From: Cyanobacteria bacterium J06626_4
Lineage (GTDB): Bacteria; Cyanobacteriota; Cyanobacteriia; Phormidesmidales; Phormidesmidaceae
NCBI GenBank assembly: GCA_038523235.1
Contig: JBCBJQ010000045.1
Coordinates: forward strand, 1-43,317
DNA: 43,317 nt
Direction: 5' to 3'
The notes below the pieces were generated by a model that was not told the DNA's origin, ran no database searches, and worked only from the letters and a program-made list of their open reading frames with translations. Below, in pieces: positions 28,747-39,149 of this stretch. A program made the translations under genes and the position numbers. Within the stretch, counting starts at the first letter, position 1; each line of letters begins with the position of its first letter.

Positions 28747-28837
28747 CTGCGCCAGATTTCCGCTGAACCAGCCTTTAATGACGATGGGTCTGTTTGGTTT
28801 GCGTGCTTCATTGATCAAGGGTTGATTGAGGTAAACT

Positions 28838-29650
28838 TTGGCGGCTCCCCTTATTCCTTCAGTAGCGCTCACGATCGCCGGTTCTGATAGTGGCGGCGGG
28901 GCGGGTATTCAGGCCGATCTTCGCACGTTTGCCTTTCACCAGGTGCATGGTACCAGTGCACTCACCTGTGTGACGGCTCAAAATACCTGTGGTGTAACCC
29001 GAGTCGATGCTTTATCCCCCGCCGCTGTAGTGGCTCAAATCGAAACTGTCATCAGTGACATTCAGGTGCAAAGTGCAAAGTTAGGCATGCTCCTCAATAC
29101 GGATATTATGCTGGCCGTCGCGAACATCATGGCTCAGTCATCCATCCCGTTTTGGGTAGTTGATCCGGTGATGGTTTCGCGCACGGGTGCTCAGCTCGTT
29201 GATGATGCCGCGATCGCCACACTGACCACCCACCTCATTCCATTAGCCACTGTCCTCACACCCAACCGCTATGAGGCACAAATTCTCAGCGGTCAAGCGA
29301 TTGAGACCTTGAGCGATATGCAACTGGCGGCCCAAAAAATTCACACTCTCGGGGCCCAAACGGTTCTGATTAAGGGCGGCGGCATGGCGGGCCAGTTACG
29401 GGGAGTTGACGTCTGGTATGACGGTGAACAGGCCACGACGCTCACCACCACTACCGTTGAAACGTCAGATACCCACGGGACTGGCTGCACACTGTCAGCC
29501 GCGATCGCGGCCAATCTCGCCCTCGGCAAAGAACAATTTGTCGCCGTTCGTGACGCGAAGGACTACGTCACTCAGGCCCTACAACATGCGCTCCGGATTG
29601 GCCGAGGGCAAGGCCCCGTCGGACACTTTTATCCATTATTATCGGGCTGA
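28838..29650 (+). CDS. thiD: Hydroxymethylpyrimidine/phosphomethylpyrimidine kinase
   Basis: LTIAGSDSGGGAGIQADL, VDPVM, THGTGCTLS. Confidence 0.96.
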   Translation: MAAPLIPSVALTIAGSDSGGGAGIQADLRTFAFHQVHGTSALTCVTAQNTCGVTRVDALSPAAVVAQIETVISDIQVQSAKLGMLLNTDIMLAVANIMAQSSIPFWVVDPVMVSRTGAQLVDDAAIATLTTHLIPLATVLTPNRYEAQILSGQAIETLSDMQLAAQKIHTLGAQTVLIKGGGMAGQLRGVDVWYDGEQATTLTTTTVETSDTHGTGCTLSAAIAANLALGKEQFVAVRDAKDYVTQALQHALRIGRGQGPVGHFYPLLSG

Positions 29651-30126
29651 CCCCAGTGAGATTCCCAATCGGGGCAAGTCTCAGCTTCTGGCCCATAGGG
29701 ATACATCGCACAGACCAGCATATTGCCACCATGGGTCTGTCCACAATAATGCTTGCAGCCAATACAGGTAGTGTGGTCGTTGACCATCGGGTCAACATGA
29801 CTGAGAATGGGCGCCGTCATCGTTTCGAGCCAAGTTTCGAGCGCCCCCGCCAAGGGCACCACAACCGGAGTAATCAGTTCAGAAAATTCTTCTGAAAAGC
29901 GCTCAGCTTCCTGATCCAGCACATCTTCAAAGGGCTCTACAGCCTGATTGATATCCTCTGCCCAGCGCTCTAATGTTGGCCGTAGCTGTTTTTCAATATC
30001 ATCGGCCAGGCTATCCACAGCTTCTACGGCACCATGCAAAGTCTGCTCGGCCCAAGCTTCAGTCGCCCGTGCCGCCTGATCTAACACGTCGCTCAGCTCT
30101 CTTGCCCAGTCCTCAAAATCGCTCAT
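29629..30126 (-). CDS. Hypothetical protein: acidic helical N-terminus plus Cys-rich C-terminal domain
   Basis: CIGCKHYCG...LVCAMYPYGP...CPDWE; ATGA overlap with the upstream gene. Confidence 0.8.
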   Translation of the reverse strand: MSDFEDWARELSDVLDQAARATEAWAEQTLHGAVEAVDSLADDIEKQLRPTLERWAEDINQAVEPFEDVLDQEAERFSEEFSELITPVVVPLAGALETWLETMTAPILSHVDPMVNDHTTCIGCKHYCGQTHGGNMLVCAMYPYGPEAETCPDWESHWGQPDNNG

Positions 30127-30491
30127 TGATCTCCTTTACGCTTGAGGGCTTCCAGCTGCTGACGCATTGATTCGACCTGCTGTCGTAAAGCATCGGCCTC
30201 GCGTGCTTCAGCTGTCGTCTCCTCATCATCCACAATTTCAATGCGTCGAGGCTCATCCTGAGACACTGCAGCGGTAGTTGTCACACTCTCTTGCGCTCGC
30301 TGCATCATCTTATTAATCAGCTGCTGGGCTTCTTCCGCGCTCAGCTCTCCCCGTTCAACCAGCTCATTGACAACCGTTTGGGTCTGTTCACGCAGATCTT
30401 TCAGCGTACTGCCCGCCCTTTCACCAGCATAAGACGCCGCCCCCATCCCTAAATAAAACGCTTTTTGAACGAGATCGCCAAAGCCCGCCAT
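30123..30491 (-). CDS. Phasin-family-like protein
   Basis: MAGFGDLVQKAFYLGMG...ELVERGELSAEEA; C-terminal coiled coil; start at ATG 30491 or 30497. Confidence 0.8.
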   Translation of the reverse strand: MAGFGDLVQKAFYLGMGAASYAGERAGSTLKDLREQTQTVVNELVERGELSAEEAQQLINKMMQRAQESVTTTAAVSQDEPRRIEIVDDEETTAEAREADALRQQVESMRQQLEALKRKGDQ

Positions 30492-30643
30492 CGTCATTCC
30501 TCAGAAATATCGCTTTGTACAGGATAAAGACTGCAGCCTGGCAACGACCACTAGGGTTAACCGACTGACACGCGCCTAGAGGTTATCACCCTGCAATAGC
30601 CGCAATGGAGAGGTACGGCTATCATTTTCTCAAAATACGAAGA

Positions 30644-30737
30644 GACCCGGAGACCACGCCTGTCACAAGCATCCCGTAATGCTGCTACCTTCCGGTCCTG
30701 ACATGATTTGGGCGTTGTGACCGCATGGGTCCAGGTC
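30644..30737 (-). ncRNA. ffs: Signal recognition particle 4.5S RNA
   Basis: Minus strand contains the helix-8 motif TCAGGACCGGAAGGTAGCAGCA; termini GACCTGGA...TCCGGGTC pair; extended -10-like TGTTATCCT just upstream. Confidence 0.95.
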
Positions 30738-30905
30738 AGCTCCAGGATAACATTAATTTCTCGCGTCCTGTTGGTCTCATGCTCAGTCTTGAGCCAAATC
30801 AGACCAAGACTCAGGTTCTAAAAGCCCAACCCCATCGGCCTCAGCCGCTCAAACCAGTGCTCAAGCCAATAATACCAGTTCGACAAATTACAGCTACACA
30901 TACAA

Positions 30906-30956
30906 GTCGGCTTCGACTTCGCTCAGCCGACGTTCCTTGAGCGGAGCCGAAAGGAA
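30906..30956. repeat. REP-like / small dispersed repeat pair
   Basis: CTTCGACTTCGCTCAG and the inverted TGAGCGGAGCCGAAAG, each inside its own short stem (GTCGGCT/AGCCGAC; TTCCTT/AAGGAA). Confidence 0.65.
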
Positions 30957-31016
30957 GATCTATAGTCCAGTTTCAGAGAATTGGTATAAATCATCAACCC
31001 TTGTCTAACCACAGCA

Positions 31017-31052
31017 AAGCGGTGGAAGAAACCTAATGTTCTCACACCGCTT
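31017..31052 (-). terminator. Probable terminator hairpin downstream of ugd
   Basis: AAGCGGTG ... CACCGCTT inverted repeat 30 bp past the stop; short U tract. Confidence 0.5.
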
Positions 31053-31082
31053 CCAACCATCAATCACTGCGTCGCTAGCGAT

Positions 31083-32468
31083 CTAGCGACCGATTCCCAA
31101 GTAGCGGAAGCCCCATTCTTCCATCTGCGCTTGAGGCAAGAAGTTGCGACCATCGATCACAATGGGCGAGTTCATTAGACCCGCCATCTTGGCATAGTCG
31201 AGGTCTTTGAACTGCTTCCAATCGGTCACTAAGACCAAAGCATCACAACCATCCGCCAAGCGGTCAGGGTCCGTCTCGACAATAACGCCGGATAAACCGT
31301 CGCGCAGACCGCTCTGAGACACAATCGGGTCATAGGCTTTGACCTTGGCACCTAAACGATTAAGCTGCTCGATTAGCGTGAGGGAAGGCGCATCTCTCAT
31401 GTCATCGGTGTCAGGCTTAAAGGTGAGCCCCAACAGCCCAATAGTCTTGCCCTTCAAAATTTTCAGCTCTTGCTGTAGCTTTTCCAGCGCGATCGTGCGC
31501 TGGTGTTGGTTAACGCTCACCGTGGCTTTTAGCAGGTCTGCTTCGTAGCCATAGTCATCGGCAGTGTGCAAGAGAGCCAAGACATCTTTCGGGAAGCAAG
31601 ACCCCCCCCAACCAATGCCAGCCTGTAGAAACTTGTGTCCAATGCGAGAATCAAGGCCAATGCCCATCGCAACCTGAGTCACATCGGCACCGACGCGATC
31701 GCAAATGTTGGCAACCTCGTTGATGAAGCTGATCTTCGTAGCCAGAAAAGCGTTAGAGGCATACTTGACCATCTCAGCAGAACTTAAGTCAGTCACGACT
31801 ACTGGAACGGGCGGCAAAGACTCATTTTCAGAGAACTTTCGATCCACAAGAGGAGCATACAGCTCTTTCATTTTCTGAATCGCTTTAGGATTGTTGCTGC
31901 CTAAGACAATCCGATCCGGGTTGAAGGTGTCATAAACTGCTGACCCTTCCCGTAGAAACTCCGGATTGCTAACAACATCAAAGTCAGCTTGAATTTCTTC
32001 ACCAGCCGGTGCCGGTGCACCAGCACCCACCAACGACTTCTTGCGCTCAGTAATGCCATCCATCACAATCATGCGCACCCAATCACCAGACCCAATCGGT
32101 ACGGTAGATTTGTTCACAATGACTTTATAGCCACCATTCAGGTGAGCACCAATCCCGCGAGCCACTGCTTCGACATAGCGGGTATCGCTCTCACCCGTCG
32201 GTAAAGGGGGAGTTCCTACGGCAATAAACAGAATCTCACCATGTTCGACACCCGCCGCCAAATCACTCGTAAAATGCAGGTGCCCCGCTTCCATTGAGGA
32301 CTTCATTAGATCAGACAAGCCCGGCTCATAAATCGGGGATTGCCCAGATTGCATTAATTTAACTTTCTCTTCATTGTTGTCGACACAAATGACGTCATGT
32401 CCAATGTGAGACAAACAAACACCGGTCACGAGACCCACATAACCAGTTCCAATGACACAAACACGCAT
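31083..32468 (-). CDS. ugd: UDP-glucose 6-dehydrogenase
   Basis: IGTGYVG, NKSTVP, NPEFLREG, GWGGSCFPKD, FKPDTDDMR. Confidence 0.97.
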   Translation of the reverse strand: MRVCVIGTGYVGLVTGVCLSHIGHDVICVDNNEEKVKLMQSGQSPIYEPGLSDLMKSSMEAGHLHFTSDLAAGVEHGEILFIAVGTPPLPTGESDTRYVEAVARGIGAHLNGGYKVIVNKSTVPIGSGDWVRMIVMDGITERKKSLVGAGAPAPAGEEIQADFDVVSNPEFLREGSAVYDTFNPDRIVLGSNNPKAIQKMKELYAPLVDRKFSENESLPPVPVVVTDLSSAEMVKYASNAFLATKISFINEVANICDRVGADVTQVAMGIGLDSRIGHKFLQAGIGWGGSCFPKDVLALLHTADDYGYEADLLKATVSVNQHQRTIALEKLQQELKILKGKTIGLLGLTFKPDTDDMRDAPSLTLIEQLNRLGAKVKAYDPIVSQSGLRDGLSGVIVETDPDRLADGCDALVLVTDWKQFKDLDYAKMAGLMNSPIVIDGRNFLPQAQMEEWGFRYLGIGR

Positions 32469-32639
32469 AGTAATTTAATCCTTTCAGCATTAGGTGAGTT
32501 ACAAAACAGCACCTGTCATAGGAGCTTATCCCAGACAGATATAGTCTTCCCAAGCAGTAAATGGAAATACAGTCAGTACTTTGACAGATTTTGACGACTG
32601 CTGTTCCCAGTTCGCATCTAGCATAGGCTTGCCTAGCAG

Positions 32640-33602
32640 TTAGGAGACCGTCGTTTCCAAAGACAATCGCTTTTCTACCTGCAGACGTGATCTAAAGTCA
32701 TCAACCGTCTTTTGTAAGCCTGCTTGGAGGTTAATGGTGGGTTCCCAATTGAGATGAGTTTTGGCTCGCGTGATATCTGGCTTACGTCTTTTGGGATCAT
32801 CCTGTGGCAAAGGCTCGAAGTTAACTTCAGCGTCTGGGTTAACCGTCTTCTGAATAGTCTGTGCTAGTTGCAAAATAGTGTACTCGTCAGGATTGCCTAG
32901 ATTGACCGGCCCAATAAAGTCACCATTCATGAGTCGCATCAGACCTTCAACAAGGTCAGAAACATAGCAAAAACTGCGCGTTTGTGAGCCATCGCCATAG
33001 ACCGTCAGCGGAGTGCCCTTCAAAGCCTGACTAACAAAGTTACTGACCACTCGGCCATCGTTTTCTAGCATGCGAGGCCCATAGGTGTTGAAGATCCGGG
33101 CAACTCGAATATCGACACCACTTTGGCGATGGTAGTCAAAGGCTAAGGTCTCAGCAACCCGCTTACCTTCGTCATAACAACTGCGAATACCAATGGGATT
33201 AACATTGCCCCGGTAGTCTTCTGTTTGGGGATGAACTTCTGGATCGCCATAGACCTCAGAAGTCGAGGCCAACAAAAAGCGAGCGTTGATGCGCTTAGCC
33301 AAACCCAGCATATACAGCGTGCCCATCACATTCGTTTTGATGGTTTTGACGGGGTTGTATTGATAATGAACCGGAGAAGCCGGGCAAGCCAAATGATAGA
33401 TCTGGTCAACTTCTAACTTGAGAGGTTCGGTAATGTCATGGCGGAGCAGTTCGAAATTGGGATTGCCGAACCAGTGCTGAATGTTGCGTTTATGCCCTGT
33501 GAAGAAGTTGTCAACGCAGATAACATCGTGGCCAGCCTGCATCAGGCGGTCAATGAGATGAGAACCGATAAATCCAGCGCCGCCGGTCACTAATATTCTC
33601 AT
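32640..33602 (-). CDS. UDP-glucuronate decarboxylase (UDP-xylose synthase), extended SDR
   Basis: [44 protein letters not shown]; adjacent to ugd. Confidence 0.93.
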   Translation of the reverse strand: MRILVTGGAGFIGSHLIDRLMQAGHDVICVDNFFTGHKRNIQHWFGNPNFELLRHDITEPLKLEVDQIYHLACPASPVHYQYNPVKTIKTNVMGTLYMLGLAKRINARFLLASTSEVYGDPEVHPQTEDYRGNVNPIGIRSCYDEGKRVAETLAFDYHRQSGVDIRVARIFNTYGPRMLENDGRVVSNFVSQALKGTPLTVYGDGSQTRSFCYVSDLVEGLMRLMNGDFIGPVNLGNPDEYTILQLAQTIQKTVNPDAEVNFEPLPQDDPKRRKPDITRAKTHLNWEPTINLQAGLQKTVDDFRSRLQVEKRLSLETTVS

Positions 33603-33746
33603 AAGGATTAATTAACGATAAGAGCTATGTTTGCAGGATGCCCGTGTTCCTACAGAAAATCTCACCTCCCGGCTCGATTAACTGCGGCCTGAGTGAGTGC
33701 CTTGTTAATCGCTTTGCACACGATGGTTCACGGTTAGCTCATCAGC

Positions 33747-35291
33747 TTAAGCATCAGGAGCAGGAATCGTAATATCGACCTGGGTCACTTGCTGATCGGG
33801 CGTTAAATTGCTCAGTGGCGGCTGAATATCGTTGACATTCCCCACGACCAAAATAATCAGATCTTCGGGCTTCAGATGGGTTTGAGCAGCTTGCTGCACT
33901 GCCGCCGCCGTAGTATTGGCCACGTCTTCGCGAAACTGAAACACAAAATCTTCAGGATAATCGTAGTACTCATAGCGGACTAGACGAGAAAGCGTCTGTT
34001 CAGGATTTTGGAAGTTAAAGACAAAACTGTTGAGCACAGAGTCTTTCGCCCGAGAGAGTTCTTCCTCTGAGACGGGGGCCTGACGAATGTCAGCAATCTC
34101 TTTTTTCACAGACTCGATAAAGGGCACGGTCGTGTCTGAGCTCGTTTGCCCTCCCCCGATAAAGATGCCGTCGTAATCATACCGGGCGGCCCAAAAGGCA
34201 TAAACGACGTAGGCTAAACCCTGACGCGATCGCACCTCATTAAACAACCGCCCCCCAAACCCATTCAGCACTTCATTCATGACGGCCATCTCAGCATAGT
34301 CAGACGCATCGCGTTGCCCGCCGATATGCCCAATTTGCACATAACTCTGAGATAGCTGAGGCTGGTCAACCAAAAAGACACCCGCTTGGGCCTGTTCTGC
34401 TGACGGGGCTGTCGGCAAGTCAGAGCCGTTGTCAGACACTTGCCAATTGCCAAAGGTCTCAGCAATCAAGCGCTGCATCGATTCGAGATCAAAATCGCCT
34501 GAGATCGCTAAGATGATGCGCTCAGGGCGCACTGAAGCCTGATAAAACTCGATGATGTCATCTCGCGAAATGTTGTTGAGGGTGCTGTACTCATAGGTAC
34601 GAGCGTAGGGGCTGTCATCGCCATAGACAAGTTTACGAAACTCACGAGAAGCCACGTCATTAGGGTCATCGTTGCGACGATCAATGGCGCCGCGATATTG
34701 ATTTTTGAGAAATTCAATGCGATCGGGCGCAAAGGTCGGACGCTGTACGACATCAGCAAATAGACCAAACACATCCTCTAGGTCTTCAGTTAACGTGTTG
34801 AAGCTGGCAGAACCAGAATCAACGTCTACCGCAGTTTCTACCGCAGCCGCTCGCTGTTCTAAGGCGAGATTCAAAACTTCAGCCGTATAGGCTTCAGTGC
34901 CCCCGAGACGCATGGCATCACCCATGATTTCTCCGAGCCCGGTCTGGCTAGTCGGCACTAAACGCTCACCAGTTCGAAACGTGGCACTGCCGCTGACCAA
35001 CGGGAGCTCGTGATCTTCCATCAGGTAAACCACCAAGCCGTTAGATAGCTGATAGCGCTCATAGTCAGGAATTTGCACCTCTCCTAGCGGCGGAAATTCC
35101 AGCTCAGTGTAATGACGAGCCGTCACAGCTGAAGCAGGCGCTTGCCAGCTCAAGGCGAGAATGCTCACCAATGTGACCACGCCCAGTAGCCAGGGCAACC
35201 AGCGAAAGCGACGAACCGGTTTGAATGACAAAGACCCACACATAGCAAAATTACGATAAGGGGTTGGCAGGAGAGAAAACGAGAGTATCAA
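33747..35291 (-). CDS. M16-family peptidase, non-catalytic subunit
   Basis: LSNGLVVYLMEDHELPLV; no HXXEH; carries RSRQGLAY (R/Y pair); signal peptide; start uncertain (possibly ATG 35243). Confidence 0.88.
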   Translation of the reverse strand: MILSFSLLPTPYRNFAMCGSLSFKPVRRFRWLPWLLGVVTLVSILALSWQAPASAVTARHYTELEFPPLGEVQIPDYERYQLSNGLVVYLMEDHELPLVSGSATFRTGERLVPTSQTGLGEIMGDAMRLGGTEAYTAEVLNLALEQRAAAVETAVDVDSGSASFNTLTEDLEDVFGLFADVVQRPTFAPDRIEFLKNQYRGAIDRRNDDPNDVASREFRKLVYGDDSPYARTYEYSTLNNISRDDIIEFYQASVRPERIILAISGDFDLESMQRLIAETFGNWQVSDNGSDLPTAPSAEQAQAGVFLVDQPQLSQSYVQIGHIGGQRDASDYAEMAVMNEVLNGFGGRLFNEVRSRQGLAYVVYAFWAARYDYDGIFIGGGQTSSDTTVPFIESVKKEIADIRQAPVSEEELSRAKDSVLNSFVFNFQNPEQTLSRLVRYEYYDYPEDFVFQFREDVANTTAAAVQQAAQTHLKPEDLIILVVGNVNDIQPPLSNLTPDQQVTQVDITIPAPDA

Positions 35292-35381
35292 ATGACTTGA
35301 GCAATTAACTGAAAGCGATCAAGCTGAGAACATTCTGTACCAGGTGACAGCCGCCTCAAACTCGACTTTGACGATTCACGC

Positions 35382-36956
35382 CTAGAGGTCTGGTGTAGAA
35401 AGGAGCTTACCCGCAGTGCGATTTTCGGGTCGAAACGTGCTCTGAGCGACCCGTTGAATCGCCTCGGGGGTGACGGCTTCAATCTCCTCTAACTCAGTAA
35501 AGATATTGCGCCAGGAACCCGTTTTAGCTTCATATTCTGCGAGTAAGGCAGCCATCCCCGAATTGGAATCTAACTGCCTGAGCAGACCTGCTTGAGCTTG
35601 GGTTTTGACCCGATCTAGCTCCTCTGCTGATACCGGCTCAGTTTGCAATTGTGCAAGTTGCCGATGAATTTCTGCCGCAATCTGATCTGGTTCAATATCG
35701 GGCGCAGTGATGCCATAAAGCACCAGCATATTTGGGTATTTGTCTCCAGGGAAACCACTAAATCCGCCCACGTCCAGCGCAATTTGCTGATCTTCTACCA
35801 GCTCTTTATAAAGACGCGCTGTCCGCCCTCTAATCAGAATGCCTTCAATCATGCCGTAAATGGCATGATCAGGGTCGTTGATACTGGGACGATGATAGCC
35901 CTCTAAGTACCAAGGCTGAGACGGTAATTCCAGCGTAAATTCTTTAGGGGTTTGTTGTGGCGGCTCTGTGATCGTGACGTCAGCAGGCAAACTCTGAGCA
36001 GGAAATCGCCCAAAATAGGTGGTAGCCATTTGCTCAACTGTCTGAGCATCGACATCACCGACAATGACGCCAATTAAATTGCTGGGGCCATAGTAATCAT
36101 CAAAAAACCCTTTGACTGAATCACGGGTCGCTACATACAAATCTGACTGGTAACCAATCACGGGCCGCCGATAGGGATGTTCATCAAAAGCTTCTTCTAG
36201 GAACACCTCGATAAACTGACCAATGGGAGAGTTATCTACCCGCATTCGCCGCTCTTCAAGAATCACCTCTTTTTCTTCGTAAAACTCTCGAAAGACTGGC
36301 TCTAGGAAGCGTTCAGATTCTAATGACATCCACAGTTCTAATTTGTTGGACGGGAGACTGTAAAAGTAGCGAGTTGCATCGGCCCCCGTCGTCGCGTTCA
36401 ACCCAACCCCGCCAGCCTGCTCAATAATTTGACCATATTTGTTTTGCTCAACATATTGAGCAGCTTCTTGACGCAAGGTTTCTAGCTGCGATCGCAACGC
36501 CTCAGCTGTAGTCGTATCACCCGCTGCTTCAGCGGCCAAAATCTCAGCAAACACGGCATCCATTTCGTCAATCAGTGCCTGTTCCGCCAGATAATTGGTG
36601 GTGCCAATGCGCTGAGTACCCTTAAATGCCAAATGTTCGAGATAGTGGGCTATCCCCGTTTCACCATCGGCCTCATTCACAGCACCGACATCGGCATACA
36701 GCATAAACGACACCACAGGCGCTTGGGGTCGCTCTAGCACAACGAACTTCATGCCATTGTCGAGGGTAAATTCGCTAATGTTATCAGCCACTCCATCCAG
36801 GTAAGGCTGAATCGAACTAGCCCCCAGCGTGCCTTCGCGAGCTAACGCTGCCGTCGGCCAAGCCAGCAGGGTTGTCAGACTCAAGACCACAGCAGTTAGC
36901 AGGCTGAGACCGCTTTTCCACGCTGTGTCACGGTGTAAATAACAGTTAGAAGTCAT
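35382..36956 (-). CDS. M16-family zinc peptidase, catalytic subunit
   Basis: GIAHYLEHLAFKGT (HXXEH), LNATT, EEKEVILEERR, HPYRRPVIG; signal peptide. Confidence 0.92.
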   Translation of the reverse strand: MTSNCYLHRDTAWKSGLSLLTAVVLSLTTLLAWPTAALAREGTLGASSIQPYLDGVADNISEFTLDNGMKFVVLERPQAPVVSFMLYADVGAVNEADGETGIAHYLEHLAFKGTQRIGTTNYLAEQALIDEMDAVFAEILAAEAAGDTTTAEALRSQLETLRQEAAQYVEQNKYGQIIEQAGGVGLNATTGADATRYFYSLPSNKLELWMSLESERFLEPVFREFYEEKEVILEERRMRVDNSPIGQFIEVFLEEAFDEHPYRRPVIGYQSDLYVATRDSVKGFFDDYYGPSNLIGVIVGDVDAQTVEQMATTYFGRFPAQSLPADVTITEPPQQTPKEFTLELPSQPWYLEGYHRPSINDPDHAIYGMIEGILIRGRTARLYKELVEDQQIALDVGGFSGFPGDKYPNMLVLYGITAPDIEPDQIAAEIHRQLAQLQTEPVSAEELDRVKTQAQAGLLRQLDSNSGMAALLAEYEAKTGSWRNIFTELEEIEAVTPEAIQRVAQSTFRPENRTAGKLLSTPDL

Positions 36957-37174
36957 TGCGATCGCCCGTCTTCATTACCTTAACTAACGAAATTTAATTT
37001 AATTCACGAAATTCAATCAGCCCAACTATTCCAAAAGATAGCGCTAGAGCTGGGCAACCCGCAGTCGTCACCCATAAATGACGCTATGTCCCCGTGCAGC
37101 CTATTGAGTGCCTGAATGTCTGTTTCCTTATAATTTGAGCACATAGATCTACTAAATGACTATGCTTGGGCGAT

Positions 37175-37254
37175 CTCGCTTGTTTTATCAAACAAATAGC
37201 TTCACTAATCGACTATCCCTCGCCTGTTTGATAAAACAAGCGAGGGATAGTCGA
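37175..37254. repeat. 46-bp near-perfect palindrome (37209-37254) plus an upstream 20-bp exact inverted copy of its centre (37175-37194)
   Basis: TCGACTATCCCTCGCCTGTTT-GATA-AAACAAGCGAGGGATAGTCGA; CTCGCTTGTTTTATCAAACA is the reverse complement of 37225-37244. Confidence 0.9.
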
Positions 37255-37531
37255 CCATGGTGAATCGATCAGAGTTTAGATCTAGCGGGAAACCGTCAGA
37301 CGCATCTCAATCAGCATGGCGAGTGAACGAAGAATTTTCAGACACAAGGAGTTGGTGCAGACAACTCCCGAATACGGTATTTGAGGGACCTGTTTTGTCA
37401 TCTGGGTGCTTTTCTCTCTCTAACCCCAAAGCATTTCTATATAATGACGTTGAAACTTAAGCCTTGACGCTGGTGCTAACAGCATGATGCTTAAACGATT
37501 TCGACCCATGTTAATTTTCGAGAGGTGATCC

Positions 37532-38329
37532 TTGGCTCAGGCCCTAGAGTTCTCTAGCCTCACACAGTGGAGTCGCCGATTGTTTGCGGCGGTAATGCTG
37601 ACTGGGCAGGTGGTCATTCATTTGATTTCTCGACCGATTCACCGGCGCAACACGCTCGACCAAATGGTGGCGGTGGGACCAGAGTCGCTGGTCATTGCGC
37701 TGCTGACAGCCAGCTTCGTGGGCATGGTGTTTACCATTCAAGTCACGAGAGAATTCATCAATTTTGGTGCGGGCACAGCGGTTGGCGGAGTGCTAGCCTT
37801 GACGCTCGTGCGGGAGTTAGCGCCGGTCTTAACGGCGGTGGTGCTAGCCGGTCGCGTCGGCTCTGCCTTTGCCGCTGAGATCGGCACAATGAAGGTAACA
37901 GAGCAGATTGATGCGCTACAGATCTTAAAGACCGACCCGATCGATTATCTGGTGATTCCTCGGGTCGTAGCCTGTGCCCTCATGCTGCCGGTGTTAACAC
38001 TGCTGTCTTTTATCACGGGCATGACTGGAGGGTTACTGGTCGCAACCACGCTGTATGGGATCTCGCAAACTGTTTTCATCGACTCAGCCCAAAGCTTTTT
38101 GTCAACCTGGGATCTGGTAGCAGCGGTGATCAAAGCTTTTGTTTTCGGTATTTTGATTGCGGTGATTGGTTCTAGTTGGGGTTTGACGACATCAGGAGGA
38201 GCCAAAGGCGTCGGTCAATCGACAACAACAGCGGTGGTGACTGCACTGTTGGCAATTTTTATTAGTAACTTTTTCCTATCATGGCTGATGTTTCAGGGCA
38301 CGGGCAGCGCTGTGGTTGGCGGCGTTTAG
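37532..38329 (+). CDS. mlaE: MlaE/TGD1-family lipid ABC transporter permease
   Basis: RELAPVLTAVVLAGRVGSAFAAEIGTMKVTEQIDAL, GGAKGVG..TT..VV. Confidence 0.93.
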   Translation: MAQALEFSSLTQWSRRLFAAVMLTGQVVIHLISRPIHRRNTLDQMVAVGPESLVIALLTASFVGMVFTIQVTREFINFGAGTAVGGVLALTLVRELAPVLTAVVLAGRVGSAFAAEIGTMKVTEQIDALQILKTDPIDYLVIPRVVACALMLPVLTLLSFITGMTGGLLVATTLYGISQTVFIDSAQSFLSTWDLVAAVIKAFVFGILIAVIGSSWGLTTSGGAKGVGQSTTTAVVTALLAIFISNFFLSWLMFQGTGSAVVGGV

Positions 38330-38653
38330 GCAGCGATCGCCCTGATGGAGTTACTCACAACCTAATGGAGTGGTGCAAAAATAGCGTCCCCAATTTCAGC
38401 GGCTGAGCCATGCCACCCCCCTGCCGAAAGCTGTCTTATGATTTACTTAGCGCCCTCAGCAAACGGGCCATGAGGACTAGGCCATCATGGTGCGCTATTT
38501 CGGCGGTCTGACCGCGTCATTAGTTAAGCAAGCAGCATTTGGCGATAGGCCTCCTGTTAGCCTCATGCAGTCAACCCTTTACAATGGGGGGAAACAACGC
38601 AGCCTTACCGGCAGGCTCGCAAACTGTAACGTTGTTCATTTACCGAGGCAATT

Positions 38654-39064
38654 GTGACTGCATCGCCAACGGCCCAATCAACTTCCTTGCAGCCTAGCTA
38701 CAACATTGCCATTGTGTTGATCATTGGTGGAATCGTCGGCGCCCTCTTAGCACTAGTAACGTGGGGGCCTGTGCCAGCTTGTCTAGCGGGCAGCGTTTTG
38801 ATATTTGGCTTGTTTTTGCTCTATCAAACGACGACTCTACGACTGATCTTTACGGCAACAGATTTAGATATCTATCGAGGTGACACGCGGATTCGACGTT
38901 TCCCTTATGCGGAATGGGAAGTCTGGGACATTTTTTGGTCGCCCGTACCGACCCTGTTCTATTTTCGCGAGATCAACAGTATCCACTTTCTGCCCATTTT
39001 GTTTAATCCGCAGGAGTTACGATCGCAACTTGAGCAGCATGTCCCGCTTCAAGCTGAGCAGTGA
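38654..39064 (+). CDS. DUF3119-family membrane protein
   Basis: Two TM segments, then IRRFPY..W...PTLFYFREINSIHFLPILF. Confidence 0.85.
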   Translation: MTASPTAQSTSLQPSYNIAIVLIIGGIVGALLALVTWGPVPACLAGSVLIFGLFLLYQTTTLRLIFTATDLDIYRGDTRIRRFPYAEWEVWDIFWSPVPTLFYFREINSIHFLPILFNPQELRSQLEQHVPLQAEQ

Positions 39065-39149
39065 AGTTGCTCTGTTGCGCTCGGACGTTGGTTTTTGCTC
39101 TGAACAAACTGATTTATCCTTGATATCGCCTGTCTGAGATTAACGACCT

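Noticed and set aside
33747..35291. M16 peptidase lacking HXXEH as a possible pseudogene
   Set aside because: Expected non-catalytic partner of the adjacent HXXEH subunit; ORF intact
27300..37500. Apparently lower GC than the 3-17 kb region (possible HGT or chimeric contig)
   Set aside because: Genes are core cyanobacterial, HIP1 sites persist, and no junction or mobility signature is visible; judged by eye only
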